Assembly: GCA_019114225.1 (NCBI GenBank)
Contig: DXFW01000013.1
Location: 13,260-77,259, forward strand
Origin: Candidatus Allofournierella pullicola
Lineage (GTDB): Bacteria; Bacillota; Clostridia; Oscillospirales; Ruminococcaceae
Reading direction: 5' to 3'
DNA: 64,000 bases
Shown here: piece by piece, positions 7,757 to 15,534 of the stretch
Numbering within the stretch: position 1 is the stretch's first letter
Layout of the letters: each line of letters opens with the position of its first letter
The notes under the pieces: model-generated
Database searches by the model: none
What the model was told of the DNA's origin: nothing
Seen by the model: only the letters and a program-made list of their open reading frames with translations
Program-made: the position numbers and the translations under genes

Positions 7757-9148
7757 ATGCAGAAGGACAGCGAAGCCCTGGCCGCGTTTCTGCGGGGCAA
7801 AAAAGTGGCGTTCATCGGCGCGGGGGTCAGCCACAAGACCCTCATCGGGCAGTTCTGTGCCATGGGCGCGGAGGTGACCCTCTGCGATAAAAAGCAGCTG
7901 GAGGACTTCGGCGACTACGCCGAAACGCTCAAGCAGCTGGGCGTGCGCCTGTCTCTGGGCGAACATTATCTGGACGGCCTTGCGGGCCAGCAGGTCATCA
8001 TGCGCACTCCGGGCTTTGAGTATTACACCCCGGCTCTGCAGGCGGCGAAGGCGGCGGGCAGCGTTGTGACCAGCGAGATGGAGCTGTTCTTCGATTATTG
8101 CCCCTGCCACATCACCGCCGTCACCGGCTCGGACGGCAAGACCACCACCACCAGCCTCATTGCGGCCATGCTCACCGCCGCAGGCAAAACGGTGCACCTG
8201 GGCGGCAACATCGGGCGGGCGCTGCTTCCCATTCTGGCCGAGATCCAACCGGACGACGAAGCCGTGGTGGAGCTTTCCAGCTTCCAGCTCATCAGCATGC
8301 GCAAGAGCCCCAACGTGGCGGTGGTCACCAACGTGACCCCGAACCACCTGGACCACCACAAGGACATGCAGGAGTATGTGGACGCAAAGCGCAACATCCT
8401 TTTGTGGCAGAGCCCGGCGGGCAAAGCGGTGCTGGGCTATGAGAACGACATCACCCGCGCCATGGCCGCCGACTGCAAGGGCAGCCAGTGCTGGTTCACC
8501 CGCCTGCGCGAGACCGACAACGGCGCCTTCCTGCGCGCCGACGGCATGCTCTGCATGGCCGAAAACGGCACTGTCACCCCGGTGGTGAGCAAGGACGAGG
8601 TGAAGCTGCGGGGGCTGCACAACATCGAAAACCTGCTGGCGGCCATCGCCGCGGTGTGGGGCCGGGTGCCGGTGAGCGCCATGGCCGACACCGCCCGCAC
8701 GTTCACGGGCGTGGAGCACCGCATTGAGCCGGTGCGCCTGCTGGACGGGGTGCAGTGGTACAACGACTCCATCGCCTCCAGCCCCACCCGCACCATCGCC
8801 GGCCTGCGCAGCTTTGACCAAAAGATCATCATCATCGCCGGCGGCTATGACAAGAACATTCCCTACGAGCCCCTGGCCCCGGAAATTCTGGAGCATGTGA
8901 AGGTGCTGGTGCTCATGGGCGCCACCGGCCCCAAAATTGAAAAGGCCGTGCGGGAATGCCCCGGCTTTGCCGGGAGCGGCCTTGTCATCCTGCACGCCAA
9001 GGACATGAAGGAAGCGGTGGACGCCGCCCGCGCCGCCGCCAAACCCGGCGACATCGTGAGCCTTTCGCCCGCTTCCGCCAGTTTTGACCTTTATCCCAAT
9101 TTTGAAGTGCGGGGCCGCCACTTCAAGGAACTGGTGAACGCCCTGTGA
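7757..9148 (+). CDS. murD: UDP-N-acetylmuramoyl-L-alanine--D-glutamate ligase
   Basis: N-terminal Rossmann VAFIGAGVSHKT, Mur ligase P-loop ITAVTGSDGKTTTTSLIA, and C-terminal SPASASFD..FEVRG. Confidence 0.92.
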   Translation: MQKDSEALAAFLRGKKVAFIGAGVSHKTLIGQFCAMGAEVTLCDKKQLEDFGDYAETLKQLGVRLSLGEHYLDGLAGQQVIMRTPGFEYYTPALQAAKAAGSVVTSEMELFFDYCPCHITAVTGSDGKTTTTSLIAAMLTAAGKTVHLGGNIGRALLPILAEIQPDDEAVVELSSFQLISMRKSPNVAVVTNVTPNHLDHHKDMQEYVDAKRNILLWQSPAGKAVLGYENDITRAMAADCKGSQCWFTRLRETDNGAFLRADGMLCMAENGTVTPVVSKDEVKLRGLHNIENLLAAIAAVWGRVPVSAMADTARTFTGVEHRIEPVRLLDGVQWYNDSIASSPTRTIAGLRSFDQKIIIIAGGYDKNIPYEPLAPEILEHVKVLVLMGATGPKIEKAVRECPGFAGSGLVILHAKDMKEAVDAARAAAKPGDIVSLSPASASFDLYPNFEVRGRHFKELVNAL

Positions 9149-9933
9149 TCCGCCTGGTGGAAAGTGCCGCCGACGCCGCCCGTTTCCGGTCGGCGCTGGC
9201 GGACGCACAGGATCCGGTGGCGGTGGAAACGGCGGTGCGTTTTGCCGCCTTTCACCAGCTGCCCGGCAGCGGCTGGAAGTTCTACACCGGCGGGGAAGGG
9301 GAGAAGCCCTTCGCCCTGGCGGTGAGGGGCGCTTCCGCCCTGCTCACCGGCAGCGCCGGGGGTGAGGAAGTGGCCCTGCTGCTGAACTTTTTGCAGGCCC
9401 GGCGGCTCAAGACTTCCCGGCCCGACCCGCTGCCCGGCTGGCGGCAGGACGCCGCCTTTCACGTCTTTCACGCCCCGGCGGAGGGGCCGGGGGCCCGGCC
9501 GCTGCCGGAGGGCTTTGTGCTGAACGAAGCGCCCTCCCTTCTGGGGGTGACGGAGTTTTTGTGGGGCGGCGAGAGCATGACCGCCCACCACGACCGCCGA
9601 AGCACCGACACCTTTTATTCCGAGATCTGCGCCATGCGCAACCGGGGGCTGACGGAAATCTGGACCCTGGAAGAAAAGGGCGCGACGGTGGCCACCGCCG
9701 GCGCCTACGCCATCTCCGAAAACGCCGCCCTTCTCAGCGCGGTGGAGACTGCTCCCGCCTTCCGGGGCAGGGGCTGTGCCGGTGCGCTGGTGTGCGCCCT
9801 GGCCCGGAAGCTTTGCGGGCAGGGAAAGGCCGTCTGTCTGGTGGCCCGCCCCGGCGTGGAGGGCTTTTACGAAAAACTGGGCTTTGAACAGCGGGGACTG
9901 ACCTACGGTCACGCCGCCCCCGAAAACGAATGA
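9145..9933 (+). CDS. GNAT-family N-acetyltransferase with an uncharacterised N-terminal half (262 aa)
   Basis: C-terminal acetyl-CoA motif A-like LSAVETAPAFRGRGCAGALVCALARKL...GFYEKLGF. The GTG start overlaps the murD stop (GTGA at 9145-9148). Confidence 0.65.
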   Translation: MIRLVESAADAARFRSALADAQDPVAVETAVRFAAFHQLPGSGWKFYTGGEGEKPFALAVRGASALLTGSAGGEEVALLLNFLQARRLKTSRPDPLPGWRQDAAFHVFHAPAEGPGARPLPEGFVLNEAPSLLGVTEFLWGGESMTAHHDRRSTDTFYSEICAMRNRGLTEIWTLEEKGATVATAGAYAISENAALLSAVETAPAFRGRGCAGALVCALARKLCGQGKAVCLVARPGVEGFYEKLGFEQRGLTYGHAAPENE

Positions 9934-11219
9934 AAAGGACTGTACATACGACAATGCTGGAAGAATTTTTCGATTTTTCGCCCCGCCTTCTGGAGCTGGA
10001 CAAGCAGGCCATGGAGCTCTGCCGCCCCTATTTTGAGAAGGTGGACGCCATCCGGGACCACAACCAGGTGAAAATGCTCAAGGCGTTCACCGACCAGAGG
10101 GTGGCCGCCACCCATCTGGTGGGCACCACCGGCTACGGCTACGACGACGCCGGGCGGGACAAGCTGGACGCCCTCTTCGCCCAGGTGGTGGGGGCGGAGG
10201 ACGCCCTATGCCGCCCCCACTTCCTCTCGGGCACCCACGCCCTGGCGGTGGCCCTCTTCGGCGTGCTGCGGGCGGGGGATACCCTCCTGGCCGCCACCGG
10301 CCGCCCCTACGACACTCTGGAAGGGGTCATCGGCATTGGTGACGCGGGCAAGGGCTGCGGCACGCTGGCGGAGTTCGGCGTGCACTACGACGAAGCGCCC
10401 CTGCTGGAAGGCGGTGTGCCGGACTATGAGACCATCGCGAAGAAGGCCGTGAGCGCAAAGGTGTGCCATGTGCAGCGCAGCCGGGGCTATTCCAGCCGCG
10501 CCGCTTTTGACCTGGAGACCATCGGCAGGGTGGTGAAGGCCGCCAAGAGCGCCAACCCGGACATCATCGTGCTGGTGGACAACTGCTACGGCACCTTCAC
10601 CCAGACCGCCGAGCCGGTGAGCGTGGGGGCGGACCTCATCGTGGGCAGCCTCATCAAGAACGCCGGCGGCGGCATTGCCCCCACCGGCGGCTACATCGCC
10701 GGCCGGGCGGACCTGGTGGAGCTGTGCGGCCACCGGCTCACCGCCCCGGGCACCGGCCGGGAGCTGGGCTGCACGCTGGATTCCCTGCGCAGCCTGTATC
10801 TGGGCCTTTACTACGCTCCCGGCGTCACCGCCGAAGCGGTCAAGACCAGCATTTACTCCAGCTGCCTGTTGGAGCTGCTGGGCAAGAACCCCATCCCCCG
10901 CTACACCGAGCCCCGCAACGACATCATCACCAGCTTCGAGGCGGGCACCGGCGAAGCGCTGGTGGGCTTCTGCCAGGGAGTGCAGGCGGGCAGCCCGGTG
11001 GACAGCTACGTTGCCCCCGAGCCCTACGCCATGGCGGGCTACACCGACCAGGTCATCATGGCCGCCGGCGCTTTCACCCTGGGCAGCAGCATTGAACTCT
11101 CCTGCGACGGGCCTATGCGCGCGCCCTACACCGTCTATCTCCAGGGCGGGCTGAACCTTGCGGCCAGCCGCGCCGGGGTGCTGCTGGCGGTGCAGCGGGC
11201 CTTTGGCAAGGAACTGTAA
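9930..11219 (+). CDS. Methionine gamma-lyase-family / YnbB-like PLP-dependent protein (429 aa)
   Basis: TTGYGYDDAGRDKLDALFAQVVGAEDALCRPHFLSGTHAL and IVGSLIKNAGGGIAPTGGYIAG (Lys in SLIKN) are typical of the YnbB / aluminium-resistance family. ATGA overlap with the upstream GNAT gene. Confidence 0.8.
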   Translation: MKRTVHTTMLEEFFDFSPRLLELDKQAMELCRPYFEKVDAIRDHNQVKMLKAFTDQRVAATHLVGTTGYGYDDAGRDKLDALFAQVVGAEDALCRPHFLSGTHALAVALFGVLRAGDTLLAATGRPYDTLEGVIGIGDAGKGCGTLAEFGVHYDEAPLLEGGVPDYETIAKKAVSAKVCHVQRSRGYSSRAAFDLETIGRVVKAAKSANPDIIVLVDNCYGTFTQTAEPVSVGADLIVGSLIKNAGGGIAPTGGYIAGRADLVELCGHRLTAPGTGRELGCTLDSLRSLYLGLYYAPGVTAEAVKTSIYSSCLLELLGKNPIPRYTEPRNDIITSFEAGTGEALVGFCQGVQAGSPVDSYVAPEPYAMAGYTDQVIMAAGAFTLGSSIELSCDGPMRAPYTVYLQGGLNLAASRAGVLLAVQRAFGKEL

Positions 11220-11275
11220 GCAAACAAATATGACCGGCGGCGGAACCGCCGCCGAAAGGAAAGAAGGGAAAACCG

Positions 11276-12469
11276 ATGGATTGGAATTTTGAACTGACCG
11301 AGCAGGCGGCCCTTGCCCTCTATGCAAGGCAGTACCGCCAGAACAAGGCTTCCGCCCGCCTGCTGCGGGCGTTGTGCCTCATCACCGGCGCTGTGGCTGT
11401 GTGGGTCGCGGTGCAGGCGTGGCAGAAGATGACCCGCCCCGGCTATTTTTACGACGAGTTCGACCCGGTGGGCGGCGTGGTGTTTGCGGTGCTCGCCGCC
11501 GTGCTGCTGGCGCTCACCTTCTGGCTGCTGTGGAGAAGCCGGCTTCAGGGCATTGCGGCCGGCGCGCTGCGCTGGCAGAAAAAGCGGGGCGCTTCGCCCC
11601 TGGGCCAGTGGCGGGTGCACCTGGACGAGGAAAAGCTGCTCACCGTCCGCGCCGGGCTTCAGGAGTCCAGCGATCCGTCGGTGATCCAGAAAACTGAGGA
11701 ATATCCCGAGGGCCTGCTGGTCTACCTTCACGCAGGCGCAAAGGTGCTGGCGATTCCCGCCGCCGCCTTTGAGGGACCGGAGGCGATGAAGGCGGCCACC
11801 GCCGAGTTTGAGCGGTGCGCGGCGCTGGCCAAGGCCCGGCTGTTTGAGCGCGCGGCGCAGCAGCTGGGGGAGGGACAGGGTGAACAGGCGCTGCCTCCCT
11901 GCCCGCCGCTGCCCCAGGGCGAGACTCAGATGTTCGCGGTGCCTGTGGTGTTGCGTCCGGGGGAAGTGTTCCCCGCCTTTTACGCCGCCAACCGCCGGCT
12001 GAACCCCATCGGCAAGGGCCGGATGGTGCTGCTGTGGGTGGTGCTGGTCGGCTGCATTCTGGAAGCGGCGGGCGCGGTGGCCACCGGCGAAGCGGCGCTG
12101 GCGGTGGCCATGGCCGCCATGGCGGCCGTGGTGGCCCTGGTGCTGGCGGGGCGTTCGCCCGCTGCCCAGCGCAACCTGATCAAGCGCCAGCTGGAAGGGG
12201 AGCAGACCCAGCGCCTGGCCACCCCCGGCTGGGTGGTGCTGGGCCAGAGCGGCTTCACCGCCACCAGCGGCGCGCTGTGCAGCTACCGCCCCTATTCCTG
12301 CGTGAACGCGGTGGCTCAGGACGAAAATTACATCTTCCTGCGCTTTGAGGGCAACATGATCACCGCCGTTCCCAAGCGGGGCTTTGAAAGCCCGGAACAG
12401 GCCCGGCAGGCCTTTGATTTCCTGCGCGGGAAGCTGGCGGAACAAAAAAGCGGACGATTGGGGCAGTGA
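11276..12469 (+). CDS. Membrane protein with two tandem YcxB-like modules (397 aa)
   Basis: A pair of TM helices followed by a soluble module occurs twice, each ending in an ...AIPAAAFEGPE... or ...ITAVPKRGFESPEQARQAFDFL... type segment. This is characteristic of YcxB-like proteins. Confidence 0.55.
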   Translation: MDWNFELTEQAALALYARQYRQNKASARLLRALCLITGAVAVWVAVQAWQKMTRPGYFYDEFDPVGGVVFAVLAAVLLALTFWLLWRSRLQGIAAGALRWQKKRGASPLGQWRVHLDEEKLLTVRAGLQESSDPSVIQKTEEYPEGLLVYLHAGAKVLAIPAAAFEGPEAMKAATAEFERCAALAKARLFERAAQQLGEGQGEQALPPCPPLPQGETQMFAVPVVLRPGEVFPAFYAANRRLNPIGKGRMVLLWVVLVGCILEAAGAVATGEAALAVAMAAMAAVVALVLAGRSPAAQRNLIKRQLEGEQTQRLATPGWVVLGQSGFTATSGALCSYRPYSCVNAVAQDENYIFLRFEGNMITAVPKRGFESPEQARQAFDFLRGKLAEQKSGRLGQ

Positions 12470-12485
12470 AAATCCAGCTTCGCTC

Positions 12486-12513
12486 TTGCGTTCGCCGGTA
12501 AATCGAGTATAAT
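12486..12513 (+). promoter_or_regulatory. Candidate promoter of the antiporter gene (TTGCGT-16 nt-TATAAT)
   Basis: TTGCGT at 12486-12491 and TATAAT at 12508-12513. Located after the stop of the upstream gene and before the hairpin at 12532. Confidence 0.45.
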
Positions 12514-12531
12514 AGGTCTTTGTGACTGCGA

Positions 12532-12563
12532 CGGCCCCGTTTGCGGCGGGGCCGCCTTTTTTT
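12532..12563 (+). terminator. Terminator-like hairpin plus T7 run, immediately upstream of the antiporter SD
   Basis: CGGCCCCG-tttgcgg-CGGGGCCG (8 bp) followed by CC TTTTTTT. The SD GAGGAGGAG starts 4 nt later. Confidence 0.7.
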
Positions 12564-12581
12564 GTGAGGAGGAGAGAGAAA

Positions 12582-13868
12582 ATGAGTTACGGATATCTGG
12601 CGGACCTCGCCCTGATCCTGCTGGCCACCAAGGCGCTGAGCATGCTCACCGGCAAGCTGCAAATGCCCCAGGTGGTGGGCGCTCTGGTGGCTGGCCTTGT
12701 GATGGGCCCCGCCGTTTTGAACATCATCCAGCCCAGCGACTTTCTGTCGCAGGTGGCCGAGCTGGGCGTGATCGTCATCATGTTCAGCGCCGGCATGGGC
12801 ACCGACCTGAACGAACTGAAGCAGACCGGCAAGGTGGGCCTGGTGATCGCCATGGCTGGCGTGCTGGTGCCCCTGGCCATGGGCACCGGGCTGATGTTCT
12901 TCTTCAACACCGGCGAGCTGGCCATGCCCGGCAACAAGTTCCTGCAGGACCTGTTCCTGGGCGTTGTGCTCACCGCCACTTCGGTGAGCATTACCGTGGA
13001 GACTCTGAAGGAACTGGGCAAGCTGTCCACCAAGGTGGGCAACGCTATCCTGGCCGCCGCCCTCATCGACGACGTGCTGGGCCTGGTCTGCCTGACCGTG
13101 GTCACCAGCATGGCCGGCGCGGATGTGAACATCGTGCTGGTGCTGGTCAAGATCGCTCTGTTCTTCCTGTTCGCCGGCGTGCTGGGCGTGCTGGTCAGCA
13201 AGCTGCTCAACTGGTACGAGACCAAGGTGCGCAACCGCGACCTGCGCCGCTATCCCATCCTGGCCTTCGTGCTCTGCCTTTTCATGGCCTGGGCCGCTGA
13301 GGAGTGGTTCGGCGTGGCGGACATCATCGGCGCGTTTGCCGCCGGCCTGATCGTGGCCACCACCCCCAAGGGCGCCTACACCGCCAGCAAGTTCACCCCG
13401 CTGGCTTACCTGCTGCTGACCCCCGTGTTCTTTGCCAACCTGGGCATTGGCGTGGAGCTGCCCAACATGGACGCCATGATCCTGCTGTTCACCATCGCCC
13501 TCGTGGTGGTGGGCATTGGCTCCAAGCTCATCGGCTGCGGCCTGGGCGCAAAGCTGTGCGGCTTCAAGAACCGCCAGTGCGTGCAGGTGGGCTGCGGCAT
13601 GGCCTGCCGCGGTGAGGTGGCCCTGATCGTGGCCAACAAGGGCATGGCCATGAACATCGTCAACCCCATCTTCTTCGGGCCCATCATCATCCTGGTGGTG
13701 TGCTGCGCCGTGTTCACCCCCATCATGCTCAAGGTTGCCTTCAAGGGCGAGAACGCCTACGAGGGCATGGAGGAGAGCACCCTGGCCGAGACCTTCCAGC
13801 TGTCCGAGCAGGTGGACGAGGTCACCGCCCGCCTCATCGAGGGCGAGAAGCGCCGTCAGGGCAAATAA
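12582..13868 (+). CDS. Cation:proton antiporter (CPA2 / Na+-H+ exchanger family)
   Basis: MSYGYLADLALILLATKALSMLTGKLQMPQVVGALVAGLVMGPAVLN..ELGVIVIMFSAGMGTDL is a typical CPA2 N-terminus with about 12 TM. GAGGAGGAG SD precedes ATG 12582 (the track ORF starts at 12522). Confidence 0.85.
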   Translation: MSYGYLADLALILLATKALSMLTGKLQMPQVVGALVAGLVMGPAVLNIIQPSDFLSQVAELGVIVIMFSAGMGTDLNELKQTGKVGLVIAMAGVLVPLAMGTGLMFFFNTGELAMPGNKFLQDLFLGVVLTATSVSITVETLKELGKLSTKVGNAILAAALIDDVLGLVCLTVVTSMAGADVNIVLVLVKIALFFLFAGVLGVLVSKLLNWYETKVRNRDLRRYPILAFVLCLFMAWAAEEWFGVADIIGAFAAGLIVATTPKGAYTASKFTPLAYLLLTPVFFANLGIGVELPNMDAMILLFTIALVVVGIGSKLIGCGLGAKLCGFKNRQCVQVGCGMACRGEVALIVANKGMAMNIVNPIFFGPIIILVVCCAVFTPIMLKVAFKGENAYEGMEESTLAETFQLSEQVDEVTARLIEGEKRRQGK

Positions 13869-13884
13869 CCCCAAACGCAAAGGA

Positions 13885-13917
13885 ACTCCCCGGGCTTTCG
13901 GCCCGGGGAGTTTTTCT
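13885..13917 (+). terminator. Intrinsic terminator after the antiporter gene
   Basis: ACTCCCCGGGC-tttc-GCCCGGGGAGT followed by TTTTTCTTT. Confidence 0.8.
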
Positions 13918-13922
13918 TTGCC

Positions 13923-13970
13923 CAAAAAGAGGCGCGGCCCCGCTGCCGGTTCGGGCAGCGGAGCCGCGCT
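13923..13970 (-). terminator. Intrinsic terminator after the degV-like gene
   Basis: Hairpin GCGCGGCCCCGCTGCC/GGCAGCGGAGCCGCGC. The A-run on the plus strand (13924-13929) gives the T-run on the minus strand. Confidence 0.7.
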
Positions 13971-14006
13971 CCTTATTATAAAACACCAAAGCTTGTGGGA
14001 GAACGC

Positions 14007-14873
14007 TCATTCAGCGGCCGCGCCGTCGGGATTCTTGGCGAAGAAAGCAACGCCCGCCGCGCCGGGGCCCGCATGGGTGCCGATGGCCGTGCCGATGTGA
14101 CGGCACAGGGGAGCCTCCAGGCCCAGGTTCTGGGTGAGGTAGCGGTGGATGGGTTCCGCCGCCTTGCGGTGCGCGGTGTAGCCGATCATGTAGGGCATGG
14201 TCTCGTCCAGACCGCCCTCGGTGTCCATCAGCTTGAACAGCGCAACATACGCGCCGGGCATTCCCCGGGCCTTGCCCGCAAGGCCCACCTTGCCGTCCCG
14301 CACGGCCACCACTGGCTTCACGCCCAGCAGGCTGCCCGCCAGCGCCTGGGCGCCGGTGAGGCGGCCGCCCTTGCGGAAGTATTTCAGGTCGTCCACCACG
14401 GCCACAAGGCGCACGTCCATCCGGCGGCGCTCCAGCTCTTCCACGATCTCGGCAGCGCTTGCGCCATCGCCGCGCATTTGCACCGCCAGGCGCACCAGCA
14501 GCTGCTCGCCCAGGGTGGCGTTCATGCTGTCCACCAGGTGGATCTTGTCGTACTCGCAGCTGTCGGCGGCGATCCGGGCGGACTGATAGGTGCCGCTGAG
14601 CAGGCCGGAGATCAGAATGGCCACCACTTCGTCGCCGGCAGCCTTGGCTTCCTCAAAGCGGTCCATGAAGTCCTGGGGGCTGGGCTGGCTGGTGGTGGGC
14701 AGCTTGTCGCACTTCACCAGCCGGTCATAGAACTCGTCCGGGGTGATGTCCAGCCCGTCCCGGAATACCTCGCCGTCCTCAAAGCGCACCTGCATGTGCA
14801 CCACTTCCACCCCCAGGCGGGCTGCCTCGGCGGGCAGAAGATCGCAGGTGGAATCGGTCAGAATACGGATCAT
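14007..14873 (-). CDS. DegV-family fatty-acid-binding protein
   Basis: MIRILTDSTCDL..., TSQPSPQDF, and GTHAGPGAAGVAFF at the C-terminus. AAGGAG SD precedes ATG 14873 (the track ORF is over-extended to 14954). Confidence 0.88.
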   Translation of the reverse strand: MIRILTDSTCDLLPAEAARLGVEVVHMQVRFEDGEVFRDGLDITPDEFYDRLVKCDKLPTTSQPSPQDFMDRFEEAKAAGDEVVAILISGLLSGTYQSARIAADSCEYDKIHLVDSMNATLGEQLLVRLAVQMRGDGASAAEIVEELERRRMDVRLVAVVDDLKYFRKGGRLTGAQALAGSLLGVKPVVAVRDGKVGLAGKARGMPGAYVALFKLMDTEGGLDETMPYMIGYTAHRKAAEPIHRYLTQNLGLEAPLCRHIGTAIGTHAGPGAAGVAFFAKNPDGAAAE

Positions 14874-14916
14874 GTCACATCGTCTCCTTACTGTTGGGGC
14901 GGTGCCTGCCGCCGTT

Positions 14917-15360
14917 TCATTGGATGTCGGTGAAAAAGCCGTGCAGCGCCGCAAGAGTATCTGCCAGCTGGTCCATCTGGGCAGGCGTGAGCCGCCGGCT
15001 CACCCGGTCCACCAGCTTTTCGTGAAACGCCGCGTGGCGCTCCAGCGCGCCCCGGGCCGCTTCGGTCAGGGTCACTGTGACCTTGCGCCGGTCCTCTTCG
15101 GCCCGGGCGCGCACAAGATACCCTTTCTGCTCCAGCGTTTTCACCGCCACCGTCAGGGTGCTGGCGGTCACCCGCAGCCGGGCAGCCAGCTCCCGCATGG
15201 TCTCGCCGCCGGCGGCGCTGTCCACCGCCTCCAGCACATGCATTTCGCTGACCGAGAGGTTTTTGTAAGGCCCTCTGGCCAGGTCGTCCTCTTCCAGGCG
15301 CAGCACGTCGTTGAACACGTCCACCAGGAAACTGTTGATTTTTTGCTCCGCTTCGGTCAC
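14917..15360 (-). CDS. MarR-family transcriptional regulator (about 147 aa)
   Basis: Winged-helix region LSVSEMHVLEAVD....MRELAARLRVTASTLTVAVKTLEQKGYLVRAR..DRRKVTVTLTE. I place the start at GTG 15360, downstream of the promoter and operator, not at the track start 15444, which would include the promoter. Confidence 0.8.
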   Translation of the reverse strand: MTEAEQKINSFLVDVFNDVLRLEEDDLARGPYKNLSVSEMHVLEAVDSAAGGETMRELAARLRVTASTLTVAVKTLEQKGYLVRARAEEDRRKVTVTLTEAARGALERHAAFHEKLVDRVSRRLTPAQMDQLADTLAALHGFFTDIQ

Positions 15361-15395
15361 AAAATGCACCTTCTTTCCTGCTTGAACCAAAAAAG

Positions 15396-15408
15396 TTTGA
15401 AGTTCAAA
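15396..15408. promoter_or_regulatory. 13-bp perfect palindrome TTTGAAGTTCAAA (operator copy 1, putative MarR site)
   Basis: Lies between the marR -10 and its SD. Identical to the copy at 15450-15462. Confidence 0.6.
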
Positions 15409-15415
15409 CGAATCG

Positions 15416-15444
15416 ATGGTACCATGCCCGGCGCTCTTTGTCAA
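15416..15444 (-). promoter_or_regulatory. marR-degV promoter (TTGACA-17 nt-TACCAT on the minus strand)
   Basis: Minus-strand TTGACA at 15439-15444, 17-nt spacer, TACCAT at 15416-15421. Confidence 0.55.
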
Positions 15445-15449
15445 GATGT

Positions 15450-15462
15450 TTTGAAGTTCAAA
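15450..15462. promoter_or_regulatory. 13-bp perfect palindrome TTTGAAGTTCAAA (operator copy 2)
   Basis: Just upstream of the marR -35 and about 17 bp upstream of the candidate -35 of the divergent DUF3810 promoter (TTGCGC 15479-15484, TATAAT 15503-15508). Confidence 0.6.
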
Positions 15463-15534
15463 TTATTTTTTTCTGCCGTTGCGCCCCGCCCCGGCAGGGG
15501 GGTATAATGAAAAAAAGGCAAGGGAGGGGCGAAT

